This document shows, piece by piece, positions 8,414 through 19,888 of a stretch of DNA of 64,000 nt. The notes under the pieces were generated by a model. That model was not told the origin of the DNA. It made no database searches and was given only the letters and a program-made list of their open reading frames with translations. A program made the translations under genes and the position numbers. Position 1 is the stretch's first letter; every line of letters starts with the position of its first letter. Source of the stretch: Acidobacteriota bacterium (GTDB taxonomy: Bacteria > Acidobacteriota > UBA890 > WLXD01); NCBI GenBank assembly GCA_965248695.1, contig CBDFKD010000002.1:704001-768000 (forward strand), written 5' to 3'.

Positions 8414-11245
8414 CTACTTCTGCGCCTCGATCTCGCGCTCCAGCAGCGGCTTTCCATGAGTGATCCAGTCGGGTGCCTCCTCTCCCTTGAGGAAGTGCCC
8501 GAACCAGGTGAGCACGCGGTGGTGGTAGTCGATCTGGTTGTTCTTCTGGCGGGCGCCGTGGTCCTCGCCCGGATACACCAGCATCACCAGAAACTTACCG
8601 GCACGCCGGGCGTAGTTGTACATCTCGACGCCCTGGTGCCAGTCGACCACACCATCCTCATCACCGAAGAAAATCATCATCGGCGTCTCGAGATCGGTGA
8701 TGTGCATGATCGGCGATTCGCGCACATAGGCTTCGAGGTCCTCCCAGTAGGGGACCTCCATACGCGCCTGTCCGGTCTCGAAATGATCGGTCTCCGGTAA
8801 GCCCGGATTCCAGTGCACGGTGCCGAACATGGAGAACAGATTCGTCAGCGGGGCGCCGGCGATCGATGCAGCGAACACCTCGGTCTGCGTCGGCACATAG
8901 CTGGCCTCGTACCCGCCCCAGGAATGGCCCACCAACCCGACTCGGTCGGCGTCGATTCTCCCGCTGGCAACCACCGCGGCCACGGCGGGGACGATGCACT
9001 CCACCGCAGACGTTCCTGGCAACCGGTTGCGGTACACGATGTCCGGCTGCAGTACGAAGTACCCCTGAGCCGTAAACACCGCCGGGTTGTACGGGCTGCG
9101 CTCGGAAGGCAGCGAGTAGCTGTGCACCGTCTGTGAGAGGCGCTCGTAGACGTACACGATCATCGGATACGTCTTGGCGGGATCGTAGTTGGCAGGATAA
9201 AAGAGCGCGCCCTGCAGATCGCGGCCCCAGGCACTGGTGTATTGCACTAGCTCCGACCGACCCCAGGAGTAGTCCGACTGGAACGCGTTGGTAGCCGTGC
9301 GCTGGCGTGCGGAGCCCAGATCAATGCCCCCAACGAACACATCGGGCGAGTCATCGAAGCCCTGGACGACATACGAGTACGTTTCCGCGTCCGGCGCCTT
9401 GGCCAACCGACCGACGTTCTTGTCGAGCCAGACCAGACGCTCGGGACCCACACCCGCTCCGGCGTTCGCAGCCGCCATCGCGGTCGAAGCGAATCCATAT
9501 TTCTTGCTGCGCTAGCCGTACAGCTGCAACCAGATGCGCTTGGGATCGACTCCGCGCTCCTCAGACTCGAGGTCGATCACTCGATGCCGCACGAGATCCT
9601 CGTCGCCGTTTGTCAGCTTTGCCCCACCCCCTCCACCGGGACTGACAGCCCAAACGTCATACTCGCCGTACAGCAGCACCGCGCTGTCGTCGGCGAGCCA
9701 CCCCCCGACACCCCATGGGGGCTGCTGAGTGCGCACCGGAGTGTCGTAGTCGTGGTTGACGAACGCGCCCGGCAGCCCGGCGGTGAGGTTGCGATGCGTA
9801 TCGGTATCGATCTCGTACGCCCAGAAATGATCGGCCTTGAAGTACAGCAGGTACCTGCCGCCCGCGCTGTCGCCATAGAAGAACCCGACGTCCTGAATCA
9901 CTCGCCGCCGAGCGCCGCTTCCGATCTCGATCAGCCAGATATCGTTCCAGTCGCGATCGAACATGTTGCGGAAGCGATACGCGTCGCGATCGGTCTCCGT
10001 CGCGACCCGGTGACCCTCGACCACCGCAAGAACTTCGCTCAGGTCGCTGCCGAGACGCACAAATCCACCTTCGGCAAGATTCCACGCCGCCCGGTATCCG
10101 GCCTGCTCGTTGCGCTCGCGGCGGACCCGCTGCATCGGGATGACCTGCTCGTCGAACGAGTGCCAGACCTCGACCGCGGACGGCTCGATCTTCTCTTCCG
10201 GCTCGGCACCGTCCTTCCCCTCCTCGCTATCCTCCACGTCATCGCCGGGGGCCGCGTGCCATTCCTGGATGGCGAAGAAGACCGTGGTTCCGTCATCGGA
10301 CCATGCCGGCCGCTCGTGCGGCGACACCCGCATACCTGCAACGAACTCCCCGGCTTCTGCCGGGTCGTACAGCAGACGATTCGGCGCCGCATCGAGATCG
10401 CGCCACGCAACGATTGCGTGAGTAGGGCCGTCGAACCCCTCGCGGTGAATCGACTGCAGAAACGCCAGATCCGCCGAATCGTCACGCCAGGCGAGCCCGA
10501 GGAACGTAGTTCCCGATTGCGCTGCCGAGCCCAGCACGCGAAGTCTCCCCGACGCGGCGTCGTAGAGCTGAACTCCGTTGCCCACTCCATCCTGTGTCTC
10601 GATCGCCACCGCCAGCAGGTTGCCGTCCGGCTGCCATAGATACTCGGCGACGTTGCCAATGGTGAACTCTCCCCCGGCCGCCAGGTCGCGCACCACGAGA
10701 TCGGCACCGCGACGCTCGGCGACCGAGTCATCGTCGCTGGCGAGTGCATAGCGATGCAGTGCGACATAGGCACCGCCGCCGCCGAAAGCGAAGCTCGACA
10801 CGCCGGAGGTCGTCTCTACCTCCCCGTTAGCCAGGTGCAATAGCCCGACCCCGTCGTGAACCGGCTCACCATCCTCGAGCAGGTCCTTCCGCTCCGCCTC
10901 CGACTGTCCGATGCGATAGGCCAGCCAGGCTGAATCTTTGGAGAACTCCGGCTCCCGGCCCTCGTCGGCGACAATCGGCGGGCCATCCGTGTCGACCGAG
11001 AACGTGCGCAACTCGGCCGTGCCATCGACCCGCGAGACAGGCACCGCCAGCCATCGGCCATCCGGTGACAGCGGGGTGCGGAATTCCAAGCGCTCGAACT
11101 GGCCGTAATCCGCCGGACGTACCGGTGGCCTCGGAGCCTGCGCCTCAGCGGTCAGCGCACCGATCGCTGACATCACTACGAGCGCAGCCAGGACTGGTCG
11201 GGATCGTGAGCAAATGCACCGCCGCCGCGAGTCGTCCTGTCGCAT
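8414..11245 (-). pseudogene. S9 prolyl oligopeptidase family peptidase interrupted by one in-frame TAG (9512-9514)
   Basis: ORFs 9512-11245 and 8414-9478 are in the same frame with 11 sense codons between; signal peptide, beta-propeller, GHSWGG nucleophile, DGVV Asp and GEDHG His. Confidence 0.88.
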
Positions 11246-11257
11246 GTTGATCCCCGT

Positions 11258-12043
11258 TTATTCGAGTAACTCGTACGAATCGAGTTGCCAGCCGCTCGCC
11301 AGCGCGCGGCCTCGCTGATAGCTAAGCATGCGGATCTTGTAAGGCGGCTCGGCGCTCAGCCAGTAGTCCCGCATGCGGCCATCGTTGAACCGCAAACGCA
11401 CTACGGTGGTTTCGAAGTCGCCGGCGGCGAGCTCCAATGTGGTGGCGCCTAGCACTCGGAACTGCACCCAGAGCTCCTCGGGGGCGACCATGTTGTTCCA
11501 CGCCAGGCGACCGATCGACCCGGGCACCAGCCGCAGCGCCGCCAGCGGCAACTCGAGCACTGACGCTTCGAACGGTCGCAACTGATACTCCAGGTCGTGC
11601 CGCGTGGAGATTCCAGCGCTGTCGCGAACCGTCGCCTGGATTCGATTGCCAACGAAGATGAAGCTCTGTCCGCCCCCCTGCGGGAATGAGAACGAGCGCC
11701 GCACCGGCGCCAGCGTGGTCGCTTCGAGCACCATGTTGTCTTCGACGCCGCTGCTCGAAAGCGACAGGCTGACATGCAGCCGCTTGTCCGCGTCCGGAAG
11801 CACCGTCATCGTCGCTTCGCCGTCCGCCAGTGGCACTCCCACGATCGAGTCCCAGCGCTCGTAGGTGGCCCGATAGGGCCGGACGAACATCGAGGCCACG
11901 CGGTCGTCGCCGGCGCCGATCAGCACCGCATCGTCGGGCACCGGCACGAACTGAGGCAACCCGCTGAGAGCAGCGAACAGGATGCCAATGCCCAGAGCAA
12001 TGACCACCAGAAGCATGGAGAAGCGAATCAGGGTGCGTTTCAT
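11258..12043 (-). CDS. Hypothetical exported/membrane-anchored protein (DUF3108-like)
   Basis: 261 aa with N-terminal hydrophobic segment; LAAGDFETTVV motif. Confidence 0.55.
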   Translation of the reverse strand: MKRTLIRFSMLLVVIALGIGILFAALSGLPQFVPVPDDAVLIGAGDDRVASMFVRPYRATYERWDSIVGVPLADGEATMTVLPDADKRLHVSLSLSSSGVEDNMVLEATTLAPVRRSFSFPQGGGQSFIFVGNRIQATVRDSAGISTRHDLEYQLRPFEASVLELPLAALRLVPGSIGRLAWNNMVAPEELWVQFRVLGATTLELAAGDFETTVVRLRFNDGRMRDYWLSAEPPYKIRMLSYQRGRALASGWQLDSYELLE

Positions 12044-12131
12044 TCGGAAATTCTCGGTGGAGTAGAGGGCGCAGTAGAGGCCAATCTTGCTACGCGGTCA
12101 TTGTCGGAGATAGCTGGGTGGTGTTGCCGCT

Positions 12132-12267
12132 GGGGTGAGGCAGAGGTCCATCTTGCTACGCGGTCGCCGCCGGGAGCTCACCGGGCGATCTTGCTCTCGC
12201 GTGAGCACCTTCGGTAAGTGACCGCCGTGCACGCGATGCGTTGCCAGATGGACCTCTGCCTCACCCC
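12132..12267. repeat. Long inverted-repeat (hairpin) element with internal stems
   Basis: Perfect 22-bp arms GGGGTGAGGCAGAGGTCCATCT (12132-12153) and AGATGGACCTCTGCCTCACCCC (12246-12267); a near-identical 24-bp copy of 12142-12165 lies at 12076-12099. Confidence 0.75.
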
Positions 12268-12305
12268 CTCGAACCACCGAGCTATTTCAAGGCTCTTTCT
12301 CTGGA

Positions 12306-12323
12306 TTGACAGACATTTGTCTG
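12306..12323 (+). promoter_or_regulatory. TTGACA box overlapped by a palindromic operator upstream of dnaE2
   Basis: TTGACA at 12306-12311; CAGACA-TT-TGTCTG palindrome at 12310-12323. Confidence 0.45.
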
Positions 12324-12411
12324 GTTTAATGGGCCGCTTCCTCGAGAGCCGAAAACGAAGCGGGAGTTTTAGGCTTCGATCGGATCCGCTCCTCTCACAG
12401 CCCACCCCCTA

Positions 12412-15400
12412 ATGTCTGCATCGGCCTATTTCGGTGACTCGCTCGCTTATGTACCGCTCTGGTGCAAGAGCAATTTCTCCTTTCTCGAGGGGGCCAGTGA
12501 CCCAGCCGAGATGGTGGAGGAGGCCCGACATCTTGGACTGCGATCGATCGCAGTCACCGATCGCGATGGGGTACACGGAATCGTGCAGGCGCATGTGCGT
12601 GCACGCGAGCTCGGCATTCACCTGATCGTCGGCTCACAGATCACGCTGGTCGACAACTCGGTGTTGATACTGCTCGCCACCAGCCGCGAAGGCTACGCCA
12701 ACCTGTGCCGGCTGATAACCAAGGGACGGCTGCGATGCGCCAAGGGAGAGAGCCGAGTCACCTGGTTCGAGGTTGCTGAGCACGCCAACGGTCTGATCGC
12801 CCTCTGGGGTGGGGAGCGCAGCCTGTTGGCGCAACCGATCGACGCTGACGGGCTGATTCCCAGCATGCTCATCGATCCTCACTCCTGCGATGCAGCATAC
12901 GCGCCGGGGGTCGAATTCGACGCCGGCGGCCCGACGGATGCCGCCAGAAAAACCCCGCGAGCGTCCCCTGACGGGGGCCTTTCTGGCAGCCGAGGCGAGC
13001 TCCTGGAGTTTCCGCTGCAGCGTGCCAGCGACATGGCCGCCGCCAAGGTTATCGACCTTTTCGAGTTCAGCGCCGCGCGCGAGCCCCGCACGCTCGACGA
13101 AACCGCCGATCTGCTGCGCGAGGCGTTCGGTCCGCGACTGTTTGCGTTGCTCACCCGGCACCAACGCACCGACGAGCCGGCGATGGAACGTCGTGTTCGT
13201 GCTCATGCGACGCGTTATGAGCTATCGCTGGTGGCGGGCTCCGAGGTTCTCTACCACGTGCCCGGGCGTCGTGACCTGCACGACGTGCTCAACTGCATAC
13301 GACACGGTGTGAAGATCGGCAGCGCCGGGCGCTGCATCAAGGGCAACGCCAAGCACGAGCTGCACTCGCCACAGAGCTTCATTGCGCTGTACGCCGACGA
13401 CCTGCTGGCGATCGCCCGCACGCGCGAGATCGCCGAGCTGTGCGGCTTCTCGATGGACGAGCTCCGCTATCGCTACCCCTCGGAAAAGCTGCCCGACGGC
13501 ACCACATCGATGCAGCACCTGCGCCAGCTCACATGGGAAGGCGCTCGCAAGCGGTATCGCGACACCATCGGTCCTCGCGGTGAGCGTGGCTACATTCCAC
13601 CGGAGATGCGCGCTCAGATCGACAAGGAGCTGGCGGTCATCGACGACCTCGACTACCCGGGCTACTTCCTCACCATGCGCGAGATCGTTCGCTTCTGTCA
13701 GGAGCGCGGCATCCTCTGTCAGGGGCGGGGATCCGCAGCAAATTCGATCGTCTGTTTTTGCCTCGAGGTCACCGCCGTCGACCCGGTGCGCATGGATCTG
13801 CTGTTCGAGCGCTTCATCTCCAAGGAGCGCGCCGAGCCGCCCGATATCGACCTTGATATCGAGCACGACCGACGGGAAGAGGCAATCCAGCACATGTACG
13901 AGAAATACGGCCGCTCGCATGCTGCCATGGTCGCCAACGTCATCCGCTATCGATCGAAATCAGCAGTGCGCGACGTCGGTAAGGCACTGGGCCTATCGGA
14001 GACATCGCTCGACCGGCTCTCCAAGATGGTCGGACGCTGGGGCGGCATCGACGAGACGTCGTTCCGCCAGGCAGGGCTCGACCCCCACAACCCGACCATC
14101 GGTCATCTGATGCGGCTGGCCAACGAGGCCATTGGCTTCCCGCGCCACCTGTCGATCCACCCTGGCGGCTTCTTGCTCGGTCACGAGCCGGTACACGATC
14201 TGGTGCCGATCGAGAACGGTTCGATGGAGGACCGCACCGTCATCCAGTGGGACAAGGACGACGTCGAGGCCCTCGGCCTCTTCAAGGTCGACCTGCTGGG
14301 GCTCGGTGCGCTTACCCAGCTGCATCACGGCTTCGACCTGCTGCGCAAACACCGCGGCATCGACGCCGACATGACCACTATCCCCCCGGCCGACACGGCC
14401 ACCTTCGATATGTGTTGCCGTGCCGACACCGTGGGTGTGTTCCAGATCGAGAGTCGCGCCCAAATGTCGATGTTGCCGCGTCTCAAGCCGCGCACCTTCT
14501 ACGACCTGGTGGTGGAGATCTCCATCGTGCGTCCTGGCCCCATCACCGGCGGCATGGTGCACCCCTACCTGCGACGCCGCGAGGGCAAGGAAGCCATCGA
14601 CTACCCCCACCCGTGCCTGGAGCCGGTGCTCAAGAAGACCCTAGGCATCCCGCTGTTCCAAGAGCAGGTCATGAAGCTGGCCGTCGTCGCCGCCGACTAC
14701 ACCCCTGGTGAGGCCGACCAGCTACGCCGCGACATGGCCGCCTGGCGCAAGACCGGCCGACTGGATCGTCACCGTGAGCGCCTCATCACGCGAATGATGG
14801 CCAAGGGCATCGAGCAACAGTTTGCCGAGCGCGTCTTCGACCAGATCCGCGGCTTCGGTGATTATGGCTTTCCGGAGTCGCATGCTGCCAGCTTCGCACT
14901 CATCGCCTACGCCACTTCATGGATGAAGTGTCATTACCCGGCGGAGTTCACCTGCTCGTTGCTGAACTCACTCCCGATGGGGTTCTACTCCGCTGCCACT
15001 CTGGTCGACGATGCCAAGCGGCACGATGTCGAGGTGCGGGCGGTAAGTGTTGATGCCCCCTGGTGGGACTGCACACTCGAACCCGCGACACTACCTTCGA
15101 ATCCCGTTTCGGGAGATGACGCCTCCTATTCTCAAGAGACGACCGCCGCGGCGACGGTTTCCTGCCCCACCCCCACGATCTCGGATCGCGACCCCTCACC
15201 AGCACAGTCGCCCGCTCGTGGGCTATCCATTCGTATGGGGCTGCGATACATCAAGGGCATGCGCGCTGACGAGGGAGAGCGCATCGAGGCCGCATACCAA
15301 CAGTGCCCCTTCAGCTCGATTCGCGACTTTACCGAGCGCGTGCGAATTTCCGAGCGGACGCTCAAACGGCTCACCGAGGCAGGCTTCTTCGAGCCCTTCG

Positions 15401-15924
15401 GTCGCTCACGGCGCAGCGCCCTCTGGCAGATGCACGGCATTGTTGCCGAGAGCAAGGTCCCGGAGCTCGACATCGCCACAGATGCGAACCCGAGCTTCGC
15501 CGACCTGTCGGCTTTCGAGCAGATCGCCTGGGATTACCGCACCTCCGACCACTCCACTCGCGGCCACATCCTCGAGCCGCTGCGCGCCGAGCTGGCCAAG
15601 TTCGGGCTTCCCGACGCCCAAACTGTTTGCCGCATGCGCGATGGTGCACACGCCCGTTACGCTGGCATCGTTATTTGTCGTCAGCGCCCAGGAACCGCCG
15701 CCGGCGTGCTCTTCATGACTCTCGAAGACGAAACTGGCTTCGTGAACCTGGTGGTCTGGCCTCAGGTGTTCGAGAAGTTCAGCGTCATCAGTCGCACCAC
15801 CTCGTTCCTCGGCGCCACCGGCAAGATACAGTCACATAACTCGGTCGTACATCTGGTGGTCGACAAGCTCTGGCACCCAGATATCCCGCTCGAGACCACT
15901 CGTAGAAGTCGTGACTTCCATTGA
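12412..15924 (+). CDS. dnaE2: Error-prone DNA polymerase III alpha subunit DnaE2
   Basis: [13 protein letters not shown] start, [35 protein letters not shown] and diagnostic C-terminal SRDFH. Confidence 0.96.
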   Translation: MSASAYFGDSLAYVPLWCKSNFSFLEGASDPAEMVEEARHLGLRSIAVTDRDGVHGIVQAHVRARELGIHLIVGSQITLVDNSVLILLATSREGYANLCRLITKGRLRCAKGESRVTWFEVAEHANGLIALWGGERSLLAQPIDADGLIPSMLIDPHSCDAAYAPGVEFDAGGPTDAARKTPRASPDGGLSGSRGELLEFPLQRASDMAAAKVIDLFEFSAAREPRTLDETADLLREAFGPRLFALLTRHQRTDEPAMERRVRAHATRYELSLVAGSEVLYHVPGRRDLHDVLNCIRHGVKIGSAGRCIKGNAKHELHSPQSFIALYADDLLAIARTREIAELCGFSMDELRYRYPSEKLPDGTTSMQHLRQLTWEGARKRYRDTIGPRGERGYIPPEMRAQIDKELAVIDDLDYPGYFLTMREIVRFCQERGILCQGRGSAANSIVCFCLEVTAVDPVRMDLLFERFISKERAEPPDIDLDIEHDRREEAIQHMYEKYGRSHAAMVANVIRYRSKSAVRDVGKALGLSETSLDRLSKMVGRWGGIDETSFRQAGLDPHNPTIGHLMRLANEAIGFPRHLSIHPGGFLLGHEPVHDLVPIENGSMEDRTVIQWDKDDVEALGLFKVDLLGLGALTQLHHGFDLLRKHRGIDADMTTIPPADTATFDMCCRADTVGVFQIESRAQMSMLPRLKPRTFYDLVVEISIVRPGPITGGMVHPYLRRREGKEAIDYPHPCLEPVLKKTLGIPLFQEQVMKLAVVAADYTPGEADQLRRDMAAWRKTGRLDRHRERLITRMMAKGIEQQFAERVFDQIRGFGDYGFPESHAASFALIAYATSWMKCHYPAEFTCSLLNSLPMGFYSAATLVDDAKRHDVEVRAVSVDAPWWDCTLEPATLPSNPVSGDDASYSQETTAAATVSCPTPTISDRDPSPAQSPARGLSIRMGLRYIKGMRADEGERIEAAYQQCPFSSIRDFTERVRISERTLKRLTEAGFFEPFGRSRRSALWQMHGIVAESKVPELDIATDANPSFADLSAFEQIAWDYRTSDHSTRGHILEPLRAELAKFGLPDAQTVCRMRDGAHARYAGIVICRQRPGTAAGVLFMTLEDETGFVNLVVWPQVFEKFSVISRTTSFLGATGKIQSHNSVVHLVVDKLWHPDIPLETTRRSRDFH

Positions 15925-15963
15925 CCCCGGATCCAACTCCCAACCGAGTCTGACTCACCGACC

Positions 15964-16362
15964 ATGATCTACCGCATTACGCTCGAATCGGACTTTCGTG
16001 CCCAGCTCAGCGACACCGTCTACCTCCCGCCGGACCTTGCCGATGAAGGCTTCGTTCACTGTGCGCTCGAGCCTTCGGTCATCCCGGTCGCCAACGACTA
16101 CTACGCAGATGCCTCCGGTCCGTTGCTTGTTGTGGAGATCGACCCCGGCAAGCTGACTTCCGAGACCCGTTACGAGGCACCCGCACCGACCGCCGGAGGT
16201 GGCTCCTCTCACCTGGTCAGCGCGACGCAGTTTCCGCACGTTTATGGGCCGATCAACCCGGGCGCAATCACTCGTGTCGGTGTGCTCGGACGCACCGCGA
16301 ATGGGTACGCGTGGCCGCGTAGTTTCTTGACCTTGGGTTCATTCCTGACCGCCGATCCTTAG
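15964..16362 (+). CDS. DUF952 family protein
   Basis: IYRI, EGFVHC, FPHVYGPIN motifs. Confidence 0.85.
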   Translation: MIYRITLESDFRAQLSDTVYLPPDLADEGFVHCALEPSVIPVANDYYADASGPLLVVEIDPGKLTSETRYEAPAPTAGGGSSHLVSATQFPHVYGPINPGAITRVGVLGRTANGYAWPRSFLTLGSFLTADP

Positions 16363-16416
16363 ACTCTGACCAGGCTTCGACAACTACACTTTGAGCACCA
16401 CCACCCGAGGCGAGTC

Positions 16417-16881
16417 ATGACCACGATGCTCTTCGACGTGGCCGGCCTGGCGATCGTCGGCTGGGCACTGATGATCCTGTTGCCCGGATGGAGCGTGACC
16501 AAGCGCCTCGTGGGATGGACCGCGTTCCCGGTTGCGGTATCCGCCCTCTACACGATCGGGGTGATTGCGATGCTCTACCAGACCGGACTCGGCGTCATGG
16601 CAGATTTCGGCAGTGCGGAAGGCGTAATCGGCCTCCTGGCAAGGCCTGACATCGCCCTTGTCGCCTGGATCCACATACTGGCTTTCGATCACCTGGTCGC
16701 CGTCATCATCTTTCGTGACAACATGCGCCACAATGTGGTCCCGTTGCCGGTTCAATCGATCCTCTTGTTCCTGACGCTCATGCTCGGACCGGCCGGGTTC
16801 CTGACCTACTGGACCATCCGGGTCACCCGGGGCCGAGGCGGCGAGCTCGGTGGCGCGGCACACATACCGGAGACGGGATGA
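16417..16881 (+). CDS. ABA4-like (DUF4281) membrane protein
   Basis: WIHILAFD and LTLMLGPAGFL motifs. Confidence 0.85.
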   Translation: MTTMLFDVAGLAIVGWALMILLPGWSVTKRLVGWTAFPVAVSALYTIGVIAMLYQTGLGVMADFGSAEGVIGLLARPDIALVAWIHILAFDHLVAVIIFRDNMRHNVVPLPVQSILLFLTLMLGPAGFLTYWTIRVTRGRGGELGGAAHIPETG

Positions 16882-17726
16882 CCAAACCGGATGAAGTCTG
16901 GAGCACCCTGCTGACACAGCTCGGAAGGGAGCCCCGAGTGGCGTGGCTCGGCCTGCTCGGGGTCGCCCTCGGGGCGGTCTGTGCTTTGATCGGATTCGCA
17001 CGAGACTTCGGCGTGGCGCCCGAAGGAAACCTCTGGGAGACGGCTATCTTCAACGGATCGGTTGGCGTCTTCCTGCTGACCCAGGCGCTGCTGGCGCCGG
17101 AAGCCGGGTTCACGCGAAGGGCCCAGAGGCGGTGGGGAACAGCGCTCATCGTAGTGGTCGTGTACGCCTACGGAATCGAGACGGTTCAGGCGTTTCGCGG
17201 CTTGGACCCACGGTTCTCGATGTTCGGCGGAGCTACGGATCAGATACTGGGTGGGGTCTTCTTTCTGGACGCCATCGTCATCATGGTGCTGTTCCTCGTA
17301 CTCGCCTGGCGGTTCTTCCGATCCGAGGCGACCCCGCTGGGGCTGGCCGTCCGCTACGCTACCGTCGCCTGCTCGGTGGCGTTTGCCATAGGAATCTGGA
17401 TGAGCGTTTTCCTTAGCCGCATGGTTGGCGCCGAAGGCAACCTCTTGCCGCTCCACGCGGCCGGATTCCACGGGCTCCAGGCCGTCCCTCTGGTAGCCCT
17501 CCTGCTCGTATGGGGCAGAGTAGGGCAGGATGGCGCAAGACGCTGGGTTCACATCGCCGGGATCGCCTGGTCGGGATTCTGTGGGGCGATACTGTGGCAG
17601 GCTGCGGCGGGCCAAGGCCCGGCGGAGCTTTCGCTTGCCATGCTGGCCACCCTGGTCTTCTTCGCCGGCTGGGGTGTGGCGGCCTGCGTCGCCCTCCGGG
17701 CTTGGATCCAACCCGCGCCGACCTGA
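16878..17726 (+). CDS. Polytopic membrane protein
   Basis: About 7 TM segments, HAAGFHGLQAVP motif; ATGA overlap with the ABA4-like gene. Confidence 0.7.
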   Translation: MTKPDEVWSTLLTQLGREPRVAWLGLLGVALGAVCALIGFARDFGVAPEGNLWETAIFNGSVGVFLLTQALLAPEAGFTRRAQRRWGTALIVVVVYAYGIETVQAFRGLDPRFSMFGGATDQILGGVFFLDAIVIMVLFLVLAWRFFRSEATPLGLAVRYATVACSVAFAIGIWMSVFLSRMVGAEGNLLPLHAAGFHGLQAVPLVALLLVWGRVGQDGARRWVHIAGIAWSGFCGAILWQAAAGQGPAELSLAMLATLVFFAGWGVAACVALRAWIQPAPT

Positions 17727-17832
17727 GGCGTGCCGGCAACTCGAGCTCAACTCGCTGCAGCGATTCGGCGTGAGCTGACTAGAGGATAGAGCGCGATGGG
17801 GGATCCCGGCGCAACTGCTAGGCTGGGCCAAC

Positions 17833-18771
17833 ATGCGGAACCTGCTGATCACTTTGTTGGTCGTTGCCGTGCTTGTCGTCATTGCGGTGACTCAGCGCCA
17901 CCGGATCCTTCTGTATGTCGCCGCCACCGGAGACGTCCCGGCGCTTTCCGAGCCGCTGGACGAGGGCCCCGACGTCAGCTGGCACGATGACTACTTCACG
18001 GTACAGGCGCTGGACGAGCGCACGTACGCGATCGGCGAGCCACGCTACTACCAGCAGAACTATAGCTATCTGATCATCGGCGCCAATCGTGCCGTGCTGT
18101 TTGACGCCGGGCCCGGCCTGCGCGACATCCGACCGGTCGCCCAATCCCTAACGGATCTCCCGATCACCTTCGTCCCGTCACATTTCCACTACGACCACGT
18201 CGGCAACGAGATCACGTTCGATCACGTGGCGGTAGTGGATCTTCCCTACTTGCGGGCCCGGGCGCCGGACAACCGACTACAGCTCAGGCCGCTGGAACAT
18301 CTTGGCGCCGGCGAGGGCTTCGAGGCGCCTACGCTGACGGTCGACGAGTGGCTCGCCCCCGATTCATTGATCTCGTTGGGCAGCAGAACTCTGCGCCTCC
18401 TGTACACACCGGGACATACCGAGGACTCGGTATCGCTGCTCGACATCGAGTCCGGGCAGCTCTTTTCCGGCGACTTTATCTATCCGGGGCCGCTGTACGC
18501 TTTCCTGCCGACCAGCAACATGGGCGACTACCTACAGGGCACGGAAACCGTGCTCCGCGCGGCGTCCGCTGACTCAGCCGTCTTCGGCGCCCATCGCGAC
18601 GCGCCACCTGGAGCGCCTGAGCTCGCGATAACCGATGTGCAAGACCTGCAGTCTGCGCTGCGAGCGATCCGCACCGGCGATCTCGCAGGTAGCGGAATCT
18701 ACCCTGTGATCTACCGGGTCAACGCTCGTCTGGAGCTGCTCGCGGAGCCACGCTGGCTACAGGATTGGTGA
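17833..18771 (+). CDS. MBL-fold metallo-hydrolase
   Basis: SHFHYDHVG, TPGHT, LFSGD motifs. Confidence 0.9.
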   Translation: MRNLLITLLVVAVLVVIAVTQRHRILLYVAATGDVPALSEPLDEGPDVSWHDDYFTVQALDERTYAIGEPRYYQQNYSYLIIGANRAVLFDAGPGLRDIRPVAQSLTDLPITFVPSHFHYDHVGNEITFDHVAVVDLPYLRARAPDNRLQLRPLEHLGAGEGFEAPTLTVDEWLAPDSLISLGSRTLRLLYTPGHTEDSVSLLDIESGQLFSGDFIYPGPLYAFLPTSNMGDYLQGTETVLRAASADSAVFGAHRDAPPGAPELAITDVQDLQSALRAIRTGDLAGSGIYPVIYRVNARLELLAEPRWLQDW

Positions 18772-18783
18772 CCCGCTACGCGC

Positions 18784-19329
18784 TCACTTGCTGATCTGGA
18801 GATCCCAGCCATCCGGATCCAGCACGTGGTAGCTATCGTAGTCAGGGTCGCCACCCTGATCCCGCCGCGGATTCAGTCCACGTCGCTCGAGTTCTTCGCT
18901 CACAGCGCTGGTATCGAAGTCTTCGATCCGCCAGGCGATATGGTCAATGACACCGGTCAGCGGTGGTCCTCCGGGCTCACGGGGAGGCTGGCTCATCGGC
19001 CGACGGCTGTTGCGAACAATCATCTCGCCGCCGCCGCCAATACGCAGCGTAGCCTGATTCTCGCCGCTATCGCTGATCACTTCCCAGCCCATCAAATCGG
19101 CATAGAAATCGCGGCTTCTCCCATAGTCGGCGACCGCGTAGGAGATGTGGTCCAAGCTGGCCGTACGAAACGTGGCGGCACGAGGCGCTGGGGTCGCCGC
19201 ATGGACCGATGCGACTGGGAGGAGGGCCTGCGCCCCGGTTGCAGCAATCGCCAAACTGCGGATGAGCTGGCGTCGGTTCAACTTTCCCTGCTCGAAGGCA
19301 TCCAGCAGCTGAGAAATGGTGGTCTCCAT
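18784..19329 (-). CDS. VOC/glyoxalase family protein with Tat-like leader
   Basis: LDHISYAV, IDHIAW, DPDGWDLQI; RRQLI leader; AAGGAG RBS before ATG 19329. Confidence 0.85.
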   Translation of the reverse strand: METTISQLLDAFEQGKLNRRQLIRSLAIAATGAQALLPVASVHAATPAPRAATFRTASLDHISYAVADYGRSRDFYADLMGWEVISDSGENQATLRIGGGGEMIVRNSRRPMSQPPREPGGPPLTGVIDHIAWRIEDFDTSAVSEELERRGLNPRRDQGGDPDYDSYHVLDPDGWDLQISK

Positions 19330-19428
19330 TTGAGTCTCCTTTCTCCTTGGCGCAGGCGAACGTCGGCCCGGTGACGCTACCCTACAGCCCGAACCGAAGA
19401 CACCTAGCCAGGGACGGACAAGCGAACG

Positions 19429-19822
19429 GTGAATACGATCGGCCTCCTGCACACTGGAATCGGCGTTGCCGCCGTGGTTCTCGGCGCCGCGGTCGTCTTC
19501 GGGAAGAAGGGAACACGTCGGCACAGCTGGCTAGGGCGCTGCTATCTGATCGCGATGCTGCTACTCAACGCGACCGCGTTGTTGATCTACGACCTCTTCG
19601 GTCGCTTCGGGCCCTTCCATGTTGCTGCGATCGTGAGCCTGGCGACCGTCCTGGCTGGATGGTGGCCTACCCTGAGTCGTCGGCCCGGCTGGGTGACGCG
19701 TCACGCCTACTTTGTCAGCTGGTCGTTTTGTGGGCTCCTGGCTGCGACTCTGGCCGAGATCACCTCGCGAGTGCCGGGTTGGGACTTTTCTAGGTCGGTA
19801 GCGTGGTCATCGGCGTTGCTTA
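19429..19822 (+). pseudogene. DUF2306-like membrane protein truncated by IS3
   Basis: KKGTRRHSWLGRCY and FGPFH motifs; its stop codon falls inside the IS left end. Confidence 0.7.
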
Positions 19823-19888
19823 TGACCTGACCCCCGAAAACGGATCCGGATGTAATCTCACGATCTGGGTCAAGAACGGGAGGTCAGA

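Noticed and set aside
9512-9514. Pyrrolysine or genome-wide TAG recoding
   Set aside because: Many genes in the window end in TAG at their expected C-termini, the site is not catalytic, and no pyl genes are visible.
12076-12203. Two 24-bp direct repeats 66 bp apart plus a partial third, resembling a mini CRISPR array
   Set aside because: Only two good copies, irregular third spacing, no cas genes, and the second copy is part of a larger inverted repeat.
12840-13090. Intein in DnaE2
   Set aside because: No C/S start with HN-C/S/T end and no LAGLIDADG motifs; it looks like a variable loop.
15964-19822. Integron cassette array (run of short accessory genes)
   Set aside because: No attC-like RYYYAAC...GTTRRRY sites or integron integrase recognised.
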